From a virus: a stretch of DNA of 64,000 nt. Made by a program: the position numbers and the translations under genes. The notes beneath the pieces are model-generated. The model was not told the origin of the DNA, searched no databases, and saw only the letters and a program-made list of their open reading frames with translations. The DNA lies in UHGV virus genome UHGV-0210098. The stretch is one strand, 5' to 3'. This document shows positions 9,301 to 21,300 of this stretch, in pieces (the first letter of the stretch is position 1; every line of letters starts with the position of its first letter).

Positions 9301-12300
9301 GAAACCCATTGGCCGTGCCGTCATGAAATACAAAGACCGTCCTGTCGAGGTATTGAGTGGCCGTGTTGTGATGATGGAGGACGGCACCATGATTGACAAT
9401 GAACGCAGCGATAACTCTATTGTCATTCGCGACCTCGCCACCGGTGAGATTGAAATGGTTTCACCCGAAGCCATTCTTTCATACGAAGAATATGCAGCCT
9501 CTGTTGATGAGGCTGAAACGACATCAGAGCAAGGTAAAGCACCCGAAGCATCTGTCGAGGAGCAATCCAAATACACCTCCGGCCAAATCAAGATACGAAA
9601 CTCTGATGGCACCGAAACGCGCGGTGTCCTTACAGGCTATGTAGATGAGGACGGCAAACATGAGTATTATGTTGAGGGCGACCTGCAACATCTTCACTAT
9701 GCTTCAGAGTTTGAACTCGACAACATTCTTTCAGACTATCAGCCGGACGCGCCGCAAGAACCCATCACGCCGAAAGACAGTCAAGGCAACGACCTTTCCG
9801 TAGGTGATGAGATAGTTCTGTCAGCCGGTCGCACAGGCATAGTCAGCGACATACAGCCCAACGGTGCTGTAACAGTAGACCACAACGGCGAGAGTGTGAC
9901 CTATAATGAACAATTCGGCGACATTACTGCCACTGGGTTGCGCAAGGTTACGCCTACTCCTGTTGCAGAAGAAGTACCGACCACCGTTCCAGAAACCGCA
10001 GAAAGTGTTCCCACAACAGCGGAAACAACCGAAAATCCGTCTGTACCTGTTCCCAATTCTTCTGAAAATGGTAACAATGGCGGTGTAATTATTCCAACTG
10101 ATGGCAACATTGGTGCGGAGAATATTCCTGTCCCTGCGGCAGCACCTCAGAGTGAGGTGGCACAACCACAAGCAGTAGAGCCTACACCATTGCAGCGTAT
10201 TCCTCGTGATGAAAAGGGAGAACCTATCTTTGAACAGGCAGACAGCCCCGAAACCGCGTGGGATGCCCTTGTGGAGTTTAGCGAGGGTGATGCTGCCACG
10301 GCCAAAGAAATTGCAGATACTATGGCCGAGGAGAAGCGCAAAGCATTTGAAAAGGCACAGAAGCAGAAACCTAAAGGCAAGACCCCGACAGAAATCCTTG
10401 CATCGAAGAAAACCAACTCTGCCGAACTCGCAAAGGCAGAGAGTGAGTATCTCCATTGGCAAAAGATGGCAAATGTAGAACAGAGCCGTCAGAACGCAAT
10501 CCGCTCACAGCAGGAGGCCGAGGCTCGCCAACGTGCCGCTGAACGTGCAGAGGCAGAAAAGGCAGAACGTGAGGCACGAGAAGAAGCGGCAAGACTTGAG
10601 CGTGAAGCATTGGAGGGTATTCCCGAGTGGCACATGGACACTCCCGAGAATGCCCGAAAGCGTGGTGCGCGCCGTTATGGCGGTCAGATGTTCACTCGTC
10701 AAGAGCCTGTTCAGAATGTGCCTGGTAAAGAGGTTGAGGTCAAATTCTCACAGAAAGACCTCCCGAAAGGCCGTGTCGCTGTCATTGAGGCTGAGCAGTT
10801 GCAGCCCTCACACACACAGGGACAGCGCAATCCTATGTTCTTTATAGAGGAGGCACAGCCCAAGAACCGTTCCGAGGCCGTTTCCATGAACGCTGCAAGA
10901 GATATGGCCGAGGGCATCCGTCCGCAGGAAATCACCGGCAGCGCAACAGCGTACACAGGCGCGCCCACTGTGAACACTCGCGGCGAGGTCATTCAAGGCA
11001 ACAACCGTTCAGATGCACTCCGTTACCTTTGGCAGAACAATTTGCCGGAGCAACAGCAGACCTACAAGCAATATCTTCTCGACAATGCCGAGCAGTTAGG
11101 ACTTGACACTGATGCCGTTGGTGCCATGCAGCACCCTGTCCTTGTCAATATGCTTGATGTGGACGATGCAGATGCCATACGTTTAGGACAAATGACCGCA
11201 CAGGACACCGAGAGTGGAGGCATTGAACGTATCAAGCCCAAGAATGTAGCGCAGAAACTTGGTGAAGGTATGCGCTCCTTTGCCACTCGTCTACTCAGCA
11301 GCGGCGATGATGAGGCCACCTTTGGGCAGCTCGTAGACCGTAACGGAACAGAGGTGTTGAAGTGGATGAACCATGTAGGTGCAATCAGCAACACTCAATT
11401 TCAGTCCGCTTTTGACAGCAAGGGCAGTCTTACGGCAGAAGCCAAGAACGACTTGCAGAAAGTCCTCTATCAAGCCGTATTCAAGGGAGGTTCACAGCAG
11501 TTGGAAGAAATGTTTGACCGGCTCCCGGCCAAAGCACAACGCGCAATCCTCTCCACCGCGTTCCGCGATATGGACTCTCCTTTTGCCGGGAAGATGCTCC
11601 CCGAGATACAATCATCTATCATTGCCTATAATGAGTTGATGCAAGACCCGGCATTTGAGTCTGCAAAGAACTTGGAGGAAGCATTGAGGACAGTTGAGGC
11701 GTTCAAGCGTCAGATTTCTCTTGATGATAGGTTTGAACAGTATATGCCGGCCGATAATTTCAGTAACTTTGCACTGCAATTGGCGGCAATGTATAAGGCG
11801 AGCGATATGTCGCAGACCACTATCGCATCCTATTTCAATCAGATGTACGACCTTGCACAAGGCAAAAAGGCCGCTACTCTCTTTGAGGAAGCCGACACAA
11901 CGGAATATCCTCTTGCCGAGGTTATCAAACAAGTATTAGGAATAGATTATGAACCTGCAAAGAATGGAAACAACAATGTCACAGATGGAGGTGCTAATGT
12001 GGCTCTCCGTAATCAAGTCGGCCAAGGAGGGGAACTCCGAGGCAATGAACCACCTGCAAACGGAGAACAAACTCCGACAGGAACAGAACCGTCCGAGCGT
12101 GGAGCAGGAACTTCAGACAATAGCATTGAAGGAGGACGAGATACCAATGTCAACGGAGGAACAGTTGATGTTGAAGCAAATGGAGGATTGGCAGATGAAA
12201 TAACTCCTGCTATCGGTCCATTTGGGGAAATATATACACAATTCAAAGGAAAATCCCAAGAGGCAATAGCCTATTTGCTTGACAAGAAAAGTGGTGAAGC

Positions 12301-15300
12301 AGTCGGCGCACTCCACCATAAAGAGATTGGAGACATTGACCTCGTTTATGGTAAAGAAGGAACAGGACATAGTGACGGATATGGCCTTGCCAAATTAGCC
12401 AAATATCACCCCGAAGTCCTTAATAATCTGCAAGACATTCTGAATGACATGGTTGTTACCAAGCGTTCGGAAAATCGTGTACAGTTGGAGAGTGAGAAAT
12501 ACCAAGCCGCTGTTCGCCTTAAATGGGATAATAAAAAGAAAACATGGCTTTTAACCATGTTTGAAAAGAAAAACAGTGTCCTCGACAATACGACAGACAC
12601 TGGCAAGACCCTTGTGGGCAACGGGAATGACACTGCTACTCCCGAAAACACTGTTATTTCTGATGGCAAAGATAATACTTCTTTGCCAAACGAGCAAATT
12701 TCAGAGGAAGAAATTGCAACGCAACACGCTGATGTAGAGGAAGAGCAGACACTTCAAGCCTCTATTAAGGCCGCTGCGTCAGAAGTAAACACCGAGCCGA
12801 CACCTGCACAGGCAGAGGCAGGGAACTACAAGAAAGGCCATATCACCATTGGCGAGTTTGACATCACTATTGAGAACCCGGCAGGAAGCGTCCGCAAAGG
12901 TGTGGATGCTGACGGTAAGGAATGGCAGACCACAATGGCCAACACCTACGGCTACATCAAAGGTACAGAGGGAGTAGACGGCGACCACATTGATGTGTTC
13001 CTGCACTCCGACATGGACCAATGGGACGGACGAAAGGCATTTGTCGTAGACCAAACCAACACAGACGGCTCATTTGATGAGCATAAGGTGATGCTTGGCT
13101 TCAACGACAAGGACGAGGCCATGAGTGCCTACCTTGCCAACTACGATGCAGATTGGGCGCAGACGCACCCCGGGTTGCGTATCTCAGAAACCAACATCGA
13201 GGACTTCAACAAGTGGGTAGAGAGCAGCCACCGAAAGACCAAACCATTTGCGGACTACTCCACCGTCAGCAAAGTTAGTGACGATGCTCCTGCCACAAAA
13301 TCCGCTCCTGTTGTAGAGGGTAATGGTTACAAGGTAGATCCTAAGCCATACACCAACAAGCAGGGAAAGACCCTCGACACCTACCTCGTTACTTTTGACC
13401 GCGATTTTTCTAAAGAGGAATTGTCGGCTATACGTTCAAAGGCAAAGGCATTAAAAGGTTGGTATGACCGTGAAACTCGCGGTTGGATGCTTCGCAGTAG
13501 CGATGATGCCAAAGCATTTGCCGAGGATATTATTGGTAAGAGCGATGACGAGGTGGCAGATGAGGCTCCGCTGTCTATGGCCGACATGGAGCGACCCACC
13601 GAAGCACCTGTTAAAAAGGTCGATGTCCCCGGTGTGTTTGATGCACTCAAAACAAAAGGAGAAGCCAAACTGAGCGACCATGCGAAGACTGTAGAGCAGC
13701 CGAAACCGAAAAAGCGTAAATGGATTAGCGATGAGGATGCCGCCGAATTTGACAGCCTCCGCGACAATCTGCGAAACCATTTCGGAAAGTCGGGCGACAT
13801 GGTGCAAGAAGATGCAGTAGGTTACGGCCAGCCTCAACCCAAGCAGATGGACGCAGAAGTCCTGCGCATGGGTACACGCATGACATATTTAATGATGAAA
13901 GGCGGTCTGCGCTCATTCTCAGACTACTGCGAGGCAATGAAAGATGAGTTGCCCGACATCTTCGATGATATGCGTCCTCACCTCAAATCACTGTATGCCG
14001 CCGCACAGAACATGGAGGAGGTTATGCAGCTCGGTTGGGACGAGGAAATGGACGACCGCAAAACCGTCAAGGCGTTTGATGTTTACAACTTTGATAAACC
14101 AGAAGCAAAAGACATCATCGCCACCGCACAGCATACAGTTGATGAACAGGCATCACAACAACAGACCGAACAAATAATCCAAACACTCAAAGACAAACGT
14201 AATGAGCAAAGAAAAAAAGAGGCTGACGACACATCAGCAGATACAGAAATTATTGTCGACAAAGCAGAGACTACTGCAAGTGAAGTCGAAAGTAAACTCG
14301 AAGCTGCAACAACTGAGCAAGATGCCGAAAGACTCTCTCACAGCATCGACAAAGAACTCGATGAAGTAAACAAACAACTTGCCCTCCTCGGTTATTATGA
14401 AGCCGAGGAAGTAGACAAGGACTTCAACGAGGCATACGGCTATATGCGTAATGCGGAGCGTAAGGCCACGCAGGATGCTCATAACCTCGCTACTCAGTTG
14501 GCTACAGACCTCGGGCTGACCATTGACCCGAAAGACAGGGTTCGCAAGTCAAAGTATAACTTTGGCAGCAAGATTGCCCATAGTAATGTTGCTCCTGCAG
14601 GTGGTGAGGTCTATATAAAACTGCCGCTTGCAGAGGGGCGTGAATTGTCAATGACACTTAGCCTTGACAAAAATGAGCCGTGGCTTGAACGTGGCCGTGC
14701 AGAAAGACCCGACGACTTGGTGCTTACTCGTATCATGTTCCGCGTTGAAGATAAGACAGGCAAGAGTACACGCTACGTTACAAGTAACGACTTCATCAGC
14801 CCGACATCTACATACGATGAGTTGCTTGCACATATACGCAGGTCTGTTCGCCACCTATTGCCGGAGGAAACCGTACAACCGGCCACGCCTCTCACGCCTC
14901 AACCGGGCGAAGATATGGTACAGATGGCGGAGCGTGTGTCAAAAGACAGAAAAGCGAAGAAGCCTCAAGTCAAGCCGGAGCAACCTATCGGCGATTTGTT
15001 CGGCGGTCTATTCGACAACATAGATGCCGAAGCAGATAAACCTCAATCAGTAACCACAAAAACAAAAGAAAATGAGAAATCTAACGTACAACCTCGCACC
15101 AAAGAAGAAGGGCGAGGGGGACAGCAACCGCGACCTAATGAACCGTTGGGAGAGAGCGCAAAACATGAAGATGAGCGAACTGACGGAGGAAGAATGGCTG
15201 AACGTGGTGGAGAGCATACTGTGTCTGACACCGAGCGAAGCGGAAGCGTATCTCAACCACATCAGAGCGAGCGAGGCGTAACAGAACCTAAGAACACTCG

Positions 15301-18300
15301 CAACAATCATACTGAACGTGGCGTTGATTATGCCCCCAAAGGTGAAAAGGCTCGTATTGATGCCAACCTCGCAGCCATAGAACTTGCCAAGAAACTACTC
15401 GCATCCGGCGCAACGGCCACACCTAAAGAAATGGAGGTGCTTCGCCGTTATAGCGGTTGGGGTGGACTTGGTGCGGCTTTCAATGAGGGACAAGCGTGGG
15501 CACCCAATCCTATCAACAAACGCCTCCGCGAATTGCTGACACCCGAAGAATACGAGGCCGCTGTTATGAGCCGCAATAGTGCCTATTACACTCCTGCACC
15601 TGTCATTGATGCCATGTGGGATATTGCAAAGGCTCTCGGCTTCAAGGGGGGAAACATCATGGAGGGTTCAGCCGGTATCGGCAATATCATCGGCCTTATG
15701 CCCTCGGACATCAGCAAGCGCAGCGACATTCACGCAGTGGAGATTGACGACACCACCGGCGGCATACTCTCATTGCTCTACCCGGATGCAAATGTTGAGA
15801 TACATGGTTTTGAAAAGACACGCATCGGAAATGGTACGGTAGACCTTGCCATTACCAATGTGCCATTTGTAACCGGCCTCCATGTTATGGACGAGAGTGG
15901 CGACAGCGACCTTTCCAAGAAGTTCCGCGACATACACGACTTTTGCATCGCAAAGAATGTGCGCAAACTCCGTGAGGGAGGCATCGGTATCTTCATCACA
16001 TCAAGCGGCACCCTTGACAAGTCGCAGAAACTACGCAACTGGCTCGTGGGCGACAAGGAAGGCTGCGCAGATGTTGTCGGAGCATTCCGCATGAACAATC
16101 AGACATTCGGAGGTACGGCCGCAACATCAGACATTATTGTCATTCGCAAGCGTGTGAACGGACGCAAGAGTCCCAATGCCATAGATGTAAGCACCGTTTC
16201 CGTAGCGAGAACTGCATCTTTTGAAGATGATAAGGGCAAGACCAAAGACCTGCCTATGCTCATCAACCGCTACTTTATTGAGCATCCCGAAAACATGGGA
16301 GGTGAAATGTTCTTTGGTTTTGAGCAGGGCGACACCTATCGTCCTACATCTATTGGACTGTTCCCCACTCGCACGGCTGACCAAGCAGGAAGAATGGCTG
16401 CATGGGTTCAGCGTATGGCCGATATGGATTGGAAAACGGAGGCCGTCAGCAAGCCTACCGAACAGACCTCACACATCAACGAGACACTCGGTGAGGGTGT
16501 CAAAGAGGGAAGCATGGTAACAGACAGCGATGGAAACCTGTGTGTCGCCCGGATGGGTCGTGCTGTTCCTCTCACTATCAACAAGAACAAAATCAAGGGG
16601 CGCACCAAAGAGGAGTGTTTCAAAGACTATTCAGAAATCAAGGATGCACTCGCAGAAGTTCTGAAATATCAGACCGAGCACGAGGACGATGCAGGATTGC
16701 AGCCACTACTTGACCGACTGAATAAAGCCTACGACACTTTTGTGGAGCGATATGGCAATCTCAACAAGAACAACAATCTCGCATGGCTGCGCAATGATGT
16801 GGATTTCTCAAGCATCGTAGCACTTGAAACCTATTCAGAAAAAGGCAGTAAGGACGGCCAAAAGATTAAAACATACGGCAAGACAGACATCTTCAGTCGT
16901 CGTGTCGTTGAGAAAGAGAGCGAGCCCGCTCCGAAGAATGTAAAGGATGGCATCATTGCAAGTATCTACAAGTTTGGACGCATCGACCCGAAATATCTTG
17001 CCACTCAGCTGGGAAAGAGTGATGCCGAAGTTAAGCAGGAAATCATCGACAGTGGTTTAGGTTTTGAGAACCCGACCACCGGACAGATGGAGGTGTCGTA
17101 TGAGTACCTTAGTGGTAACGTGCGTGAGAAATTACGTCAAGCAAGAGAAGCCAATGAAGCCGCAGGAGGTGGATATGAAGCCAACATCAAGGCATTGGAG
17201 GCTGTTGTGCCAATGAACATCCCTGCACACCTTATAGAGTTTACTCTTGGTTCATCATGGGTAGAACCTAAACTCTACGAGCGATATATCAAGGAACGCA
17301 CAGGACTTGATGTTAAACTTACTAATGCCGGTGGTACATGGAATATGAACGAGCCATACTACACCGATGAACCCAAGAACAAAGAAATGGGAGTGCGTAG
17401 TGAAAAACTTGACATCTTCATTCCCGGTCACAAACTCATAGAAGCGGCCATCACCAACAAAACCATTACTGTAAACAGGACAGTGAAGGACACTGACGGC
17501 ACTCATACCGAAACTGACCCTGCGGCCACTACTGCGTGCGCAACAAAAGTAGACGAGATACGCCAAGACTTCAAGGATTGGGCGCGTGAGCAGATGCAAT
17601 CAGACCCGGACCTTTCTATGCGTATGGAAGAGGTCTACAATGAGCAGTTTAACAACTCCGTTCCAAAGTCTATCCCGGACGAGTTTGTCCCCGAGCATTT
17701 CGGAGGCGCGGCCACAATTGTAGGAGGCAAACCTTTCCAACTGCGGCCTCATCAAGCAAAGGCCGTTATCCGTGCCACTACACAGCCTGTATTATTGGCT
17801 CATGAGGTCGGCACCGGCAAGACCTACACCCTTATCACCACGGCAATGGAAATGCGCCGCCTCGGTACTGCACGAAAGCCCATGATTGTGGTACAGAATG
17901 CTACGGTCGGCCAATTCGTAGCAAGTGCAAAGGCACTATATCCCAACGCCAAAGTATTGACCCTTGAAGACGCAGACCGTAACGCCGAGGGTCGTAGGGC
18001 TTTCTATGCCAAAATCAAGTTCAATGATTGGGACATGATTGTTGTTCCTCAATCTGTATTTGAGCGCATCCCCGACAGCATCGAGCGTCAGACCCAGTTT
18101 ATCCAAGATGTCATTGACGAAAAACTGATGGTGCTTGAACAGATGCAGGAGGCTGACCCGAGTGGAAAGAGCCAGATAGTCAGGGCTGCGAAACAGGAGA
18201 TTGAGCGCAAGCGTAATGAACTTTCACAACTTGCCAATGGTGGCACCACCGACAAGAAGAAAGAAAAGGATGCCAAGAAAGCCGCCGTCACCCGACAGAA

Positions 18301-21300
18301 CGCGGAGGTAAAGGCAAGAGAAATGCTTGACCGTGCCACTGACGATGTGGAGGACTTCGACAGCATGGGCATTGATGCCGTCCTTGTCGATGAGGCTCAC
18401 GAATACAAGCACCTCGGATTTGCCACTGCCATGCAGCGTGGCGTGAAAGGTGTAGACCCCTCATATAGCAAAAAGTCGCAGGGAGTATTCCTCAAAGTTC
18501 AGTCCGTGCTTGAAAAGACAGGCGGCAAGAATGTAGTATTTGCAACCGGAACACCTATCAGCAATACCGCCGCAGAGATATGGACTTTCATGCGATACCT
18601 CATGCCGGCAGATGTGATGAAGGACTATGGCATCTACTACTTTGATGATTTTGTCCGCAACTTCGGCAATCTGCAACAGATGATGGAGTTCAAGACCAAC
18701 GGCAAGTTTGGCGAGGTAAACCGCTTTGCCGGTTATGTGAACTTGCCCGAGCTTGTGCGTATATGGTCTACAGTTGCTGATACCGTTCTTACACGAGAGG
18801 CCGGTGGCGTAAGCGACAAGATACCGCAGATGGAGGGTGGCAAGGCAACCGACCTTTTCATGCCACAAACTCGCGCATTACGTTCCGTCATGAAGTATGT
18901 AAAGGAGCAACTTGACGAATACGAGAAAATGAGCGGCAAGGAGAAGAAAGAGAACAGCCATATTCCCCTTACTATGTATGGTATAGCCAAGGCCGCAGCC
19001 GTTGATGCCAGGCTTGTTCAACGAGACGCGGAAGACGATGCAAACAGCAAATGCAATGAGGCTGTACGTCAGACACTCCGAACACTTGAAGAAACAAAAG
19101 ACTACAAGGGAACGGTGGCCATATTTGCCGACAACTATCAGCGGAAGAACCATGAGACCGACAAGGTAGAGTTCAACCTGTTTGAGGACATCAGAAAGAA
19201 ACTCATAGATGCCGGTGTTCCGTCTGAACAGATTGTCGTGATGAAATCCGGCATGACCGTAAACAAGAAACTCGACATCTTCAGCCGTGTAAACTCCGGC
19301 GAGGTTCGCGTTGTCATGGGCAGCACGTTTACCCTCGGCACAGGCGTGAACATACAGGAGCGTCTGCACACTCTTATCCACCTCGATGCACCTAATCGCC
19401 CAATGGACTATACACAGCGTAATGGACGCATCCTGCGACAGGGAAACCTGCACAATGAATGGGGAATGCCTGTGCGTGTACTCCGTTTCGGTGTTGAGGA
19501 CAGCCTTGATGTTACTGCATATCAGCGTCTGAAAACTAAAGGTGCTATTGCATACAGCATCATGAACGGCAAGCAACTCATGGATAATTCTATGGAGAAC
19601 CGCTCACTTGAGGAGGAGCAAGACCTGTTCGGCGACATCACCGCGCAGCTCTCCGGCTCTGAATATGCCCTGTTGAAAAATCAGATTGAGAAAGAGGTTC
19701 GCAAACTGACTGCCCAACTGAAGAATTGGGAGGCAGACCAAACCTATATCCACAACCGTAAGCGCCAGATAGCAGGACAGAACCGGGAAGCGGAACAGCG
19801 CATTGCAGCCAACAAAACCTATCTTGAAAAAGTTGAGGCCGCTACCATTGGTGACATCACGGTAGGAAAACTCTCGTTCCCGTCAATAGATGCAATGGAG
19901 GACTTCTTCACCGAGCAGAACAAGAAGAAAGCCGAGTTACAGGAGAAAGTGCGTAAAGACGGTTACTCCTCACGTCCTGCTACGAGCGATATATTTATTT
20001 CCGTTGGAGGCTTCGACTTCCATGTGCATACAGAAATCAGCAGAGAAACTAAGAGCCAACAGGGCAGTTTGTTCTATACAGCACCGGCCAAAATGACATA
20101 CTCATGTCCCGAACTCGGCATAGAAGCCATGCCTGTTAAGGAGAACAAGGTGAAGAATGCTGTAACAGAAATCATGAACGATGTTGTCAGCGGTGAAGAT
20201 TTCCGTGGCCGCATTGAAGCAGCCGAGCGTTACATAGAGCGCAACAATGCAGAGTTGCAATCCATTTCTGCACGTGACGGTGTTCCTTTCAAGGACGCGG
20301 AGGCACTTGCCAAAGCAGAGGAAAAACTTGCCGAATACGAGGAACTGATGAAGCAGGAAATGGAGGCCAAAGAAGCTAAGTATGCAGAAATGGATAAAGA
20401 TGTAGAGGCCGCATCCAACATTGAACTAACAGAGGAAGATAGTGATGATGTTGCAAGCGAGCCTGTTGCTCGATATTCAGCAGAAAACAGTAACTTTGCA
20501 AGCAGATATGAAACCAAAGACGGAAAAACAATCGGCTACACTTCCGAAAACCCCAAAGCCTACGGAGTATCAGAAGCCAAAGACGGAACTGCCAATAGCG
20601 GGACCCGAGAAGCAGACATACAACGGCAAGGAGATAATCTACTCGCCGGACGCAATAGTAGACTGAACACCGAAGCCGGAGAGTTCAGCCTTGTAGAGCG
20701 TGTATTTACAAAAAACGGTTCGTTCAATTTTACAAGCGGTGAGAAGATTGAAAGCGCGGACGATGTTGCCTTTATCTTCTCTGCCCTTGAAGATGCAGCC
20801 AAAGAACACGCATTTGTCGTCTATGTAAAGGACGGACGGCCTACGGTCGTAGAACTTGGAATGGGAACATTCACTGCAACAATGGTGGATATTCCTACCG
20901 CATCATTGGCCTACAACCGCATCCGTCCCGACCAAGTCTATTTCGTACATAACCATCCGAGTGGCAATCTGAAATGTTCCTTGCAGGATGTTCAGATGCT
21001 GCAAAAGATAGAGGGAATGTGCGATGTCCCTGTTTCGGGTGTTATTATCAATCTCAAGACAGGCAAGTACGGAACATTTGACACTTCAAACAATACAGGT
21101 GTCGGAAACAAGCGTACTCCCGAAAACGAAAGCCGTCTGACAGTCCACACTTTGGATAAACAGATATTTGCGCCGGACTACGACCCAATGGCACAGTCTT
21201 TGGTACGGATGCCGAGTGATGTTGCGCAGTTCCTAAACTCCCACCGTATGGGCGACCGTGCAAAGGTTTCATTCCTCATACTCACTCGTGCTGGCCGCAT

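Noticed and set aside
18878-19576. Antisense ORFs inside the giant gene (for example 18878-19576, 24533-25126 and 25709-26296 on the minus strand).
   Set aside because: They are embedded within a long intact ORF that has clear protein motifs. These are typical spurious reverse-frame ORFs of GC-balanced coding DNA.
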